A stretch of 36,044 bases of DNA from an uncultured Gammaproteobacteria bacterium (GTDB taxonomy: Bacteria > Patescibacteriota > Patescibacteriia > Magasanikbacterales > UBA922), in the NCBI GenBank assembly GCA_964345045.1, contig CAYFPM010000002.1:102286-138329 (forward strand), given 5' to 3'. This document shows positions 28,373 through 36,044 of this stretch, piece by piece (positions within the stretch are counted from its first letter, which is position 1; each line of letters opens with the position of its first letter). Position numbers and translations under genes: made by a program. The notes beneath the pieces are model-generated. The model made no database searches. It was given only the letters and a program-made list of their open reading frames with translations, and was not told where the DNA came from.

Positions 28373-29926
28373 CTAGCAGACACGCGTGGAGGTGATCACG
28401 GCCTTCTGCTCGTCGAAAGCCGAGCGGAAGGGTGGAATGGCTCCGCACTCGGCCAGGTAGGCCAACTCGTTTGCCAGTCTCATGTCTGCTCCCATGGGCA
28501 TCATCATTTGCGCGCCCTCTGGGAGACCCAGATCCTCTCGCCAGCCAATGAGAAAGGCTGCAGCTGGAGCACCTGCCACGTTGGGCAACATTCGACCCAG
28601 ACCGATGGTTCTCCCATACGAGGACAGTTTGCCATCCACCTCCAGCTGCGAACCAGGCTTGGTGTGGGGGAAGGCCGTACCGTAGGCATCGACCGGAGAC
28701 ACCAAGGCATAGAGCGGGTGCTCTCCAAGAGTGAAGAAATTCTCGTATATGTTGCGAGCCACCTTCCAAGTATTGAGAATCAACTCACGCTCGCTCGAGC
28801 TGGCTCGCAACCCAGAAAGAATCGCCGCCGAGACAGCATCCCCACCTCGCGAAGCTCTCCACCAATGGCGGATCTTTTCGATGGTGCGAACCGGAAATGG
28901 CATCTGCGGTGCCAGATCCGAGCCAAACAGATTGCCCCAGATAGCCATGATCCCAGGTACAGGCTCTTCATCGTAGGTCACAGCAGTGCTGTCCACCGTG
29001 GCGTTGTCTCGAAGTCTGGAAAGCCAGGTACCGAGATTCTCTCGATGAGTAAACGACAAAGGCTTCATCGAGATGTCGAGTCCAAAGACACGATCTTGGT
29101 CGACCGACTCGGGGAGCCATGCTCGCCCCTCGTCTTCGTGGAGCATACGCACCACCGGGTCGGCAGTACAAATCTCCTTGCCGGCCACCACCCGCACAAA
29201 CGCCAGAGCGTCCGAAGCGTGGTGGAAGATAATCGCCGGGCTGGGCATGTGGAGCGGCATCTGCCGGTCTACGATCGGCGGGACATGGTCGTGACACGGA
29301 GCCAACCGCGAAAACTTGAAACCCACGACCCCGTTGGCCTTGGCCGGACCACGGCCAGAGCCGCACATGTCCGAACCAATCACCAAGGAGCAACAGCCCC
29401 AAGGCAAAAGATTCGCCCCGGCCGTACTGCCGTCCGAGCTGTAGTTTGGGTTGTAGGCGCAGTTGCCACGTTTGTCCGGATCCTTGTGCCACAGCTGCCA
29501 GTCGGCCGCTGCCGGGGGGGATGCACAAATCCCCAGCACAATTGCGCCGGCATTGATATACTGCTGCACAATCCAGGCGTTTCCCCGATCCGAGATTTTG
29601 ACCCCAGGGATACCACCGCCGGTGATAGTGAATCCCTCGGTGGGCCAGGTATCCTTGACGAACACAAACTGACCGTACATGGGGAGTACTATGCCAGCCT
29701 TGATCATACGATCGATTTCTCTGGCTCGCTCGAGAGCCCGATCGAAGTCCACCATCGCAACGATGGTGTTTTCGATCTTGGTCGGAACCTCCTGGCACAT
29801 CTGGAAATGTGCTCGCAGTAGCTTTTCGACCGACAAGTACGCATCTGGATCTTGGAGAGCTCTCCGCCTTTCGGCATGGGGAAGGAAAACCAGGTCTCGA
29901 CTGGTCGAAGCGTGATAGCTAGTCAT
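28373..29926 (-). CDS. Amidase-signature family enzyme, GC-rich and divergent
   Basis: FVKD, DGSTAG, IGSDMCGSGRGPA..NGVVGFK (K-S-S triad); GGGAG SD. Confidence 0.85.
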   Translation of the reverse strand: MTSYHASTSRDLVFLPHAERRRALQDPDAYLSVEKLLRAHFQMCQEVPTKIENTIVAMVDFDRALERAREIDRMIKAGIVLPMYGQFVFVKDTWPTEGFTITGGGIPGVKISDRGNAWIVQQYINAGAIVLGICASPPAAADWQLWHKDPDKRGNCAYNPNYSSDGSTAGANLLPWGCCSLVIGSDMCGSGRGPAKANGVVGFKFSRLAPCHDHVPPIVDRQMPLHMPSPAIIFHHASDALAFVRVVAGKEICTADPVVRMLHEDEGRAWLPESVDQDRVFGLDISMKPLSFTHRENLGTWLSRLRDNATVDSTAVTYDEEPVPGIMAIWGNLFGSDLAPQMPFPVRTIEKIRHWWRASRGGDAVSAAILSGLRASSSERELILNTWKVARNIYENFFTLGEHPLYALVSPVDAYGTAFPHTKPGSQLEVDGKLSSYGRTIGLGRMLPNVAGAPAAAFLIGWREDLGLPEGAQMMMPMGADMRLANELAYLAECGAIPPFRSAFDEQKAVITSTRVC

Positions 29927-30081
29927 CGTTGACTCCCTTTGCTGTCTATAAAAACAGCTCTTTTGGTTAAGTTGTCCAATACTCTTTTGCCTTATTTTTA
30001 CCTTTTTCTCAAGCTTTTTAAGAAAAAATAAATAAAAAAATCGTTTGGCTTGGCAAACGATTTTTTACTTTATAAGTAAGT

Positions 30082-33039
30082 TTATTCCACACTTATCTTT
30101 AAATTTCCCTCCGATAGTTTTACTGGTTTTTCTCCTTTTCCTTCTACAATGTCTGTCGATCTGGTTTGAGAAAGAATTTCACCTTTATACTTTTCAAACA
30201 CCTCTTTCACCATTTCACTATCTGTCTCGTAGTAAAGATTGGCTCTGTCATCGCGAGTTAGTTTCTTTTCCTTACGAATCTGATTCACCGCCCGCACAAC
30301 TTCGCGTAGCATCCCTTCTTTCTTGAGTTCGGGTGTTAGTTCTGTATTCAAAGCAACTTTATAATCACCATCTTCTTTCACCACAAATCCATCATTTACA
30401 ACATTTTCAACAAGTTCGACTTTTTTCACATTTAACTCATCCGCAATAATTTTACATAAATCTTCGCTGAATGCTGAATGATGAATGCTAAATGCTGAAA
30501 GAGGCTGTCTCACTGCAAGGCCAGATTCTTTACGAAGTGAATGTCCCATCTCCACAAATTTTCTTGCTAGATCCATATCTTTCAAAACATCTTCATCAAC
30601 ATCACCCGCTTCCGGCCACATCTCTAAATGAACAGAAGTTATTTCTTGTTTCTTGTTTCTTGTTTCTTGAAAAACTTTTTCTGCCAAAAATGGAGTCACT
30701 GGTGCCATCACCTTTGCAAGAGTCTGCAATACAAATCCCAAAGTTTGCGAAGCATTTTTCTTGTCTTCATTAGACCCTTCCTTAAATCTATCTCTACTTC
30801 TACGTACATACCATTGAGAAAGATCGAGAACAAAATCCATAATCGGTCTAGTCGCCATTGGCAAATTGTATTTCTCCATGTTGTCTGTCACTTCACCAAC
30901 CAACACATTTAATTTTGACAGAATCCAACTATCCAAAACATTTTCACTCTCTGGTGCCGTAGTTATGTCTAGTCCCTCTACTCGCAAGAGCAAATAAAAT
31001 TCCAGCACATTGTGCAAAGTGTTCACTACTTTGGTATAGGCTTCGCGCACACCATCTTCCGAGAAGTTTAGATTCTCGGCCTGCACTACAGGTGAACTCA
31101 TGAGGTAGAATCTAAGCGCATCAGCTCCATACTTTTCTACCACTTTCATTGGGTCTGGATAATTCTTTAGTTTCTTACTCATCTTCTTACCATCTTCGGC
31201 CAGCACAATTCCATTTACAATTACATTTTCAAAAGCAGGACTCTGGCGTAGTGAAGTAGCGAGGACATGAAGATAATAAAACCACGCTCTGGTCTGGTCT
31301 ACCCCTTCGGCAATGAATTGAGCTGGGAATCCTTCTTCGAATTTAGATTTATTTTCAAATGGATAGTGTCCTTGGGCATAGGGCATAGAGCCACTGTCGA
31401 ACCAGGTATCGAGCACATCTGGGATACGTTTCATCTCACCACCACAAGACTCACATGGGAAAGTGATCTTGTCTACCACATGCTTATGGAGGTCTTCTAC
31501 TTTTTGACCAGATCTTTCTTCCAATTCTGCTACAGACCCAAAAACTGCATAGCCACAACCCTTTTCGCTTTTCGCTTTTCGCTGTCCGCTATTTTCACAC
31601 TCCCATACCGGCATAACACTAGCCCAGAACCTCTGGCGAGAGATAGACCAGTCACGGGCACCTTCTAACCATTTGCCAAATCTTCCAGCCTTGATATGTT
31701 CTGGTGACCAGTTAATCTTCTTGGCTTCTTCGAGCGCTTTATCTTTCACTTTGGTAACAGCTACAAACCAAGAGGAGGTAGCATAGTTAAGCAGAGGAGT
31801 ATCACAACGCCAACAGTGTGGGTAGCTGTGTTCGTATTTTTTCTTGCTAAATAATTTTCCATTATGGGCCAGCCATTTCACAATTTCGATATCAGTAGAC
31901 ATATGATCTTCTGTCGGCTTCACGTGCAAACCTGCAAAGTCTGTCACCTGGTCGACAAATGTCCCATCCATTTTCACATGTTGGATAAATGGCACATTTT
32001 CTTTTTTGAAAACATTGTAATCGTCTGTACCAAAAGCTGGAGCTAGGTGAACAATCCCAGTTCCATCTTCTGTAGTAACAAAGTCTGCTGTGACTACGCG
32101 AAAACCATTGTCTGCCTCTGGTAAATCTGTGAAGTATGGAAACAGTGGTTCGTATTTTAGACCAACCAACTCTGATCCTTTTACTTCTTTTACAACTTTA
32201 TATTCTTTTCCTTCTAGTACAGATTCTACTAGCTCTTTTGCCAAAATTACCTGTTCCATTCCGCCTTCCCCATTCCCCATTTCTACAACCACATACTCAA
32301 TCTCCTCTCCAACCGCCAACAAAATATTCCCCGGCAAAGTCCACGGAGTAGTAGTCCAAGCTAAGAAGTAGACATCCCCGTCAATATCAGATAGTGTCCC
32401 ATTTCCCATTTCCCCTTCCCCAGTTACCTTAAATTTAGCGGTAACTGAAAGATCCTTCACATCCTTATACCCTTCACTCACCTCTTGCTGCGACAGGGTC
32501 GTTTCGCAACGCGGGCAGATATGCATGGCTTTGTAATCCTTGTAAATTAGATCTTTGTCCCAAAGTTCTTTGAACACCCACCACACACTCTCCATGAATC
32601 CAATATCCATGGTTCGGTAAGCATTATTCATATCCACCCAACGACCTAGCCTTGGGATTATCTTTTCCCACTCTTCTACATAGGTTAGTACCTTACTACG
32701 GCACATTTCATTAAATTTCCCTACACCCATTTCTTCTATATCTTTCTTACTCTTGCTACCAAGTTCTTTTTCTACGATATTTTCTATTGGCAGACCATGA
32801 CAATCCCAACCCCAAACACGCTCTACCTTCTTGCCACGCATAGTAGCGTATCGTGGTACCATGTCTTTCATAATTGTACCTACCAAGTGCCCGTAATGTG
32901 GCAAACCTGTAGCAAATGGAGGCCCATCAAAAAACACATACGGTTTATCTTCCGGACGTTCACTTACAGATTTTTCAAAAGTTTGGTCTTTTTCCCAAAA
33001 CTCAAGAATCTCTTTTTCGTTTTTGTCTGCTTGATACAT
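30082..33039 (-). CDS. ileS: Isoleucyl-tRNA synthetase, type 2
   Basis: DGPPFATGLPHYGH, GWDCHGLP, WTTTPWT, DWSISRQR, KMSKK, type-2 C-terminus EG..REVVRAVNQIRK. Confidence 0.98.
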   Translation of the reverse strand: MYQADKNEKEILEFWEKDQTFEKSVSERPEDKPYVFFDGPPFATGLPHYGHLVGTIMKDMVPRYATMRGKKVERVWGWDCHGLPIENIVEKELGSKSKKDIEEMGVGKFNEMCRSKVLTYVEEWEKIIPRLGRWVDMNNAYRTMDIGFMESVWWVFKELWDKDLIYKDYKAMHICPRCETTLSQQEVSEGYKDVKDLSVTAKFKVTGEGEMGNGTLSDIDGDVYFLAWTTTPWTLPGNILLAVGEEIEYVVVEMGNGEGGMEQVILAKELVESVLEGKEYKVVKEVKGSELVGLKYEPLFPYFTDLPEADNGFRVVTADFVTTEDGTGIVHLAPAFGTDDYNVFKKENVPFIQHVKMDGTFVDQVTDFAGLHVKPTEDHMSTDIEIVKWLAHNGKLFSKKKYEHSYPHCWRCDTPLLNYATSSWFVAVTKVKDKALEEAKKINWSPEHIKAGRFGKWLEGARDWSISRQRFWASVMPVWECENSGQRKAKSEKGCGYAVFGSVAELEERSGQKVEDLHKHVVDKITFPCESCGGEMKRIPDVLDTWFDSGSMPYAQGHYPFENKSKFEEGFPAQFIAEGVDQTRAWFYYLHVLATSLRQSPAFENVIVNGIVLAEDGKKMSKKLKNYPDPMKVVEKYGADALRFYLMSSPVVQAENLNFSEDGVREAYTKVVNTLHNVLEFYLLLRVEGLDITTAPESENVLDSWILSKLNVLVGEVTDNMEKYNLPMATRPIMDFVLDLSQWYVRRSRDRFKEGSNEDKKNASQTLGFVLQTLAKVMAPVTPFLAEKVFQETRNKKQEITSVHLEMWPEAGDVDEDVLKDMDLARKFVEMGHSLRKESGLAVRQPLSAFSIHHSAFSEDLCKIIADELNVKKVELVENVVNDGFVVKEDGDYKVALNTELTPELKKEGMLREVVRAVNQIRKEKKLTRDDRANLYYETDSEMVKEVFEKYKGEILSQTRSTDIVEGKGEKPVKLSEGNLKISVE

Positions 33040-33048
33040 ATATATTTT

Positions 33049-33127
33049 AGCTAAAAGCTAATAGCGAAATGCTAACAGCAACCAAATATTATCCCTTTCA
33101 GCTGTCAGCTTTTCGCCTTTAGCTTTT
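33049..33127. repeat. Inverted pair of 7-nt tandem arrays in the ileS leader
   Basis: agctaaa agctaat agcgaaa tgctaac agc ... ctttcag ctgtcag cttttcg cctttag ctttt. Confidence 0.85.
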
Positions 33128-33133
33128 GTTAAT

Positions 33134-33345
33134 AAAAAAACCACGCATAGTCGAGAGCCCTACCGGGCGGTACCATCTCGATTCGTGGATCTTAATTACA
33201 GCTATTACGGGCACACCCGACCAAATCTAATCTGTCATTGCGAGGAGCGAAGCGACGTCGCAATCTCACACAACATTTCTCTTGGCAGCTAACCGCTGAT
33301 AACGGCTTTTGTCTTGTCTAGATAAGCAAGACAGCGCTTTTACAA
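33134..33345 (-). promoter_or_regulatory. T-box riboswitch leader of ileS (short stem I)
   Basis: CGAGA-UGGUACC-GCCC-ggua-GGGC-UCUCG antiterminator (33152-33180); CCGUUAUCAGCGG stem-II-like motif; AUC in the loop of hairpin 33310-33333; U7 tract. Confidence 0.8.
33232..33267. repeat. REP-like half-element inside the ileS leader
   Basis: ctgtcattgcgaggagcgaagcgacgtcgcaatctc, same family as 9054-9207. Confidence 0.8.
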
Positions 33346-33355
33346 TTGTATTGTG

Positions 33356-33384
33356 ATTATAGGTATAAGTTCTGTTTTTGTCAA
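33356..33384 (-). promoter_or_regulatory. Consensus sigma70 promoter for the ileS leader
   Basis: TTGACA-17 nt-TATAAT. Confidence 0.92.
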
Positions 33385-33447
33385 TCAAAAAAATCCCGTT
33401 GTCCGAGATTCTTTTGAATGTAGCCGATTGGTCGAGAAATCAGCTAG

Positions 33448-34056
33448 CTACTCCCTTTGAATAGAAAAAACCACATAGGTAGAGTTGGCCTCTTTCGAAA
33501 CCTGGTATCTACCCAGCTCCTCAGCCCCAAACTTTGGTCTCCAAAAGGACTCAAAGTTGCCACTACTCGCCTCGGCGGTCACCAGCCCGTTGGGAATACT
33601 CTGCACCATCTGCGGGCAAATCCCTTGCCCCTCACAATCCTCTCGGACTACGACGAGGACAATCCGGTGGCTGGCCATGATCTGCTGACCCAGCTGGCTG
33701 TATACAGATCCAGCTCGCCAGCAAAACTTGATGAATCGGAACAGACACCAGGGGTTGTGCTTCAGCGTGAGCCCGAGGACACGCATATCCTCTGACTTTC
33801 GCCCAGCCGGTTTGAAAACCAAGAGTCCTACCGGCTGCCCGTTGTCCATGGGTACCAAGACCCCAGCCCTCTTGCCCCCGCACATCTCTATGATAGAGCG
33901 GAGGTAAGCCTCTTCCCAGCCTGGACGATTCCAAAAGGGGTAAACCCCTGGATCATGCCGAAACCTACCCACCATCGCAAGAATGGTCTCCCTGTGTTTG
34001 GGAAAGACCTCTTCCAAAAAGTGTTTACCCAGCATTGGCTCTGCGAAACTATTCAT
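33448..34056 (-). CDS. GNAT-family acetyltransferase-like protein, GC-rich (start moved to ATG 34056)
   Basis: DNGQPVGLL and motif A VVVREDCEGQGIC; TTGACA at 34091-34086. Confidence 0.7.
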   Translation of the reverse strand: MNSFAEPMLGKHFLEEVFPKHRETILAMVGRFRHDPGVYPFWNRPGWEEAYLRSIIEMCGGKRAGVLVPMDNGQPVGLLVFKPAGRKSEDMRVLGLTLKHNPWCLFRFIKFCWRAGSVYSQLGQQIMASHRIVLVVVREDCEGQGICPQMVQSIPNGLVTAEASSGNFESFWRPKFGAEELGRYQVSKEANSTYVVFSIQRE

Positions 34057-34159
34057 ACCAAAATACTGGCAAAAAAAATACTTTTTGTCAACCCACCCCA
34101 ACCCTTGTATCGGGAGTGCGTAATAAGGTAAGATAGACGTAATTTCCTAACAAAATTAT

Positions 34160-34633
34160 ATGTACCAAGGACCATTATATATCGCAGCAGACCACGCCGG
34201 TTACCAATTAAAAAAACGCTTGTTGCGTTATTTTGAAAATGAATTAAAAATAAAATGCGAAGATATGGGAGCACTCGAGTACGATGAACTAGATGACTTC
34301 CCAGATTATATAATTCCAGCAGCCGAAAAAGCAGTAGAAGCAAATGGTAGAGTTATTGTGCTAGGTGGTAGTGGCAATGGCGAACAAATAGCGGCCAACA
34401 AAGTAAAAGGTATGTACTGTGCCCTAGCTCATAGCGTAGAAACAGCCGAACTGGCTCGCAAACACAACAATGCCAATGGCCTCTCTATGGGAGCCAGAAT
34501 CCTAACCGAAGACCACGCCATGGCCATTGTCAAAGCTTGGCTAGAAACAGATTTTTTGGGAGACAAGTACCAAAGACGCAATCAAAAAATTGCTGCTTAC
34601 GAAGACAAGGGCACAATCCCAACTCAAAATTAA
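34160..34633 (+). CDS. rpiB: Ribose-5-phosphate isomerase B
   Basis: AADHAG, GGSGNGEQIAANKVKG, ARKHNNAN. Confidence 0.96.
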   Translation: MYQGPLYIAADHAGYQLKKRLLRYFENELKIKCEDMGALEYDELDDFPDYIIPAAEKAVEANGRVIVLGGSGNGEQIAANKVKGMYCALAHSVETAELARKHNNANGLSMGARILTEDHAMAIVKAWLETDFLGDKYQRRNQKIAAYEDKGTIPTQN

Positions 34634-34709
34634 AGTTTACAAATTTTCTATTTTCAAGCATTAATAAATTTAAAATTATTTTGAAATTAGAAATTAAAAA
34701 TTAGAAATT

Positions 34710-35381
34710 ATGGACTCCGTCCAAATTATTCCTTCAATGCTCGTCACCGACGAAATCACTTTCCAAGATCAGTTAAGCTCAATTTATGGGGTAGTAAAAA
34801 TGGTACAAATAGACCTAGCCGATGGCCGCTTTGTACCAAACACCACCTGGACATACGAAAATCCAGAAACCAGCAAAAATCATTTGCTAGATATAGATTT
34901 TGAACTGCACCTAATGGTAGAAAATCCTGTGGCAGTTTTGAAAGAATGGACAGACACTCCAAACCTAAAAAGAGTTTTGTTTCACTACGAATCTGTGTCA
35001 AACATTGAAAATACAATCTCAGAAATAAAAAATCTAAAATCTGAACTCGAAGTCGGGATAGTACTAAACCCAGACACTCCTGTAGAAAAAATACTTCCCT
35101 ATCTAGATAAGCTAGATACAGTTATGTTTATGGGAGTAACCCCTGGTTTCCAAGGCCAAGATTTTATCCCAGAAACTTTGGACAGAATAAAAGAACTAAA
35201 AGAAAAAAATCCAAATACTCTCGTAGAAGTAGATGGGGCAGTGAACGAAAAAACTCTAAGGGAGATTGTAAAAACTGGGGCAGACATAATTTGCCCAGGT
35301 AGCGCTATATTTGGCAACGAAAAAAGCCCAGCCGAGAATGTAGAAAACATGGAAAAAATTATCAACACGTTGACGGAATAA
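34710..35381 (+). CDS. rpe: Ribulose-phosphate 3-epimerase
   Basis: IIPS, IDLADGRFVPN, ELHLMV, MGVTPGFQGQ, EVDGAVN, GSAIF. Confidence 0.96.
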   Translation: MDSVQIIPSMLVTDEITFQDQLSSIYGVVKMVQIDLADGRFVPNTTWTYENPETSKNHLLDIDFELHLMVENPVAVLKEWTDTPNLKRVLFHYESVSNIENTISEIKNLKSELEVGIVLNPDTPVEKILPYLDKLDTVMFMGVTPGFQGQDFIPETLDRIKELKEKNPNTLVEVDGAVNEKTLREIVKTGADIICPGSAIFGNEKSPAENVENMEKIINTLTE

Positions 35382-35382
35382 C

Positions 35383-35477
35383 TGTTAAATTGTTAAATAA
35401 TTATATTGTTACATTGCTTAAAAATATTTTTACTAAGCATGAAGCACAACAATTTAACAATGGAACAATATAACAAT
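35383..35477. repeat. Inverted pair of 8-nt tandem arrays
   Basis: tgttaaat tgttaaat aattatat tgttacat tgctt ... aacaattt aacaatgg aacaatat aacaat. Confidence 0.8.
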
Positions 35478-35519
35478 CACAAGTAAAATAAAAATTTGGT
35501 AATTAAAGATAAAGATAAT

Positions 35520-36044
35520 ATGGAAAGCAAAAATACAATCTATGATTTGGTAATCATCGGTGGCTCGGCTGCCGGCAGTGCGGCTGCAGTCTACGGCGCC
35601 AGAAGACACCTAAATCAAGTAATTGTAGCCAAAGACTTGGGCGGCGAAGTAGCCCTGTCTGGAGAAGTAGAAAACTGGACAGGAACTATACACACTACCG
35701 GGATAGAACTTTCCAAAAGTTTTAATGAACATGTAAAAAGTTACAATGTTCCAACAGAAATTGGTTTGGAAGTAACGGCTATTGAACAAGAAAAAAACTA
35801 TCACATAGTAAAAGCCAAAAACTATAGCGGCGAAGAAAAAATTTTTGAAACCAAAGCTGTGCTAGTAGCCAGTGGTATTCACCCCCGAGAACTAGGAGTA
35901 CCTGGAGAAACCGAGCTAAAAGGCAAAGGTGTAACCTATTGCACAGTTTGCGATGGCCCTCTCTTTAGAGGCAAGACTACCGCTACAATTGGAGCTGGAA
36001 ATTCTGCCCTAGAATCTGCCCTAATGATGAGTGAAATTGCCGAA
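35520..36044 (+). CDS. trxB: Thioredoxin reductase family oxidoreductase (3'-truncated; absent from the ORF track)
   Basis: YDLVIIGGSAAG, VENW, GKGVTYCTVCDG, IGAGNSALE. Confidence 0.9.
   Translation, partial: MESKNTIYDLVIIGGSAAGSAAAVYGARRHLNQVIVAKDLGGEVALSGEVENWTGTIHTTGIELSKSFNEHVKSYNVPTEIGLEVTAIEQEKNYHIVKAKNYSGEEKIFETKAVLVASGIHPRELGVPGETELKGKGVTYCTVCDGPLFRGKTTATIGAGNSALESALMMSEIAE

Noticed and set aside
28508..29821. 437-aa + strand ORF (and a 276-aa alternative-frame ORF) overlapping the amidase
   Set aside because: Antisense/shadow frames expected in a GC-rich gene; no motifs, SD or promoter, whereas the minus frame has the amidase signature
1..36044. CRISPR array, tRNA, rRNA or IS transposase
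   Set aside because: No regularly spaced 23-47-nt direct repeats, cloverleaf or rRNA signatures, or transposase motifs seen

Overview
AT-rich bacterial chromosome segment that looks like Patescibacteria/CPR (inferred from the gene set, housekeeping starts mostly lacking Shine-Dalgarno motifs, and the PilB and baseplate-J-like genes). The housekeeping backbone is a partial URA3-type pyrF, miaA, miaB, thrS, pilB/gspE, ftsH, rpsA, an MBL-fold hydrolase, gyrA, ruvA, pepA, a type-2 ileS, rpiB, rpe and a partial trxB, with T-box leaders on thrS and ileS. Three further layers are not explained by the ORF track. (1) More than 15 short-period (7, 8 or 9 nt) tandem arrays occur as inverted pairs between genes and in-frame inside ileS (5 arrays) and ruvA (2 arrays). 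(2) Several families of REP-like palindromes are present, including a DUF559 nuclease gene bracketed by inverted repeats, a gene-less copy of the same element, nested insertions, and insertions in miaB. (3) About 10 solitary GC-rich genes sit as promoter-ORF-hairpin-terminator units, some sharing a conserved 3' module, and one has a long structured RNA trailer. All calls were made by eye; no searches or folding programs were run.
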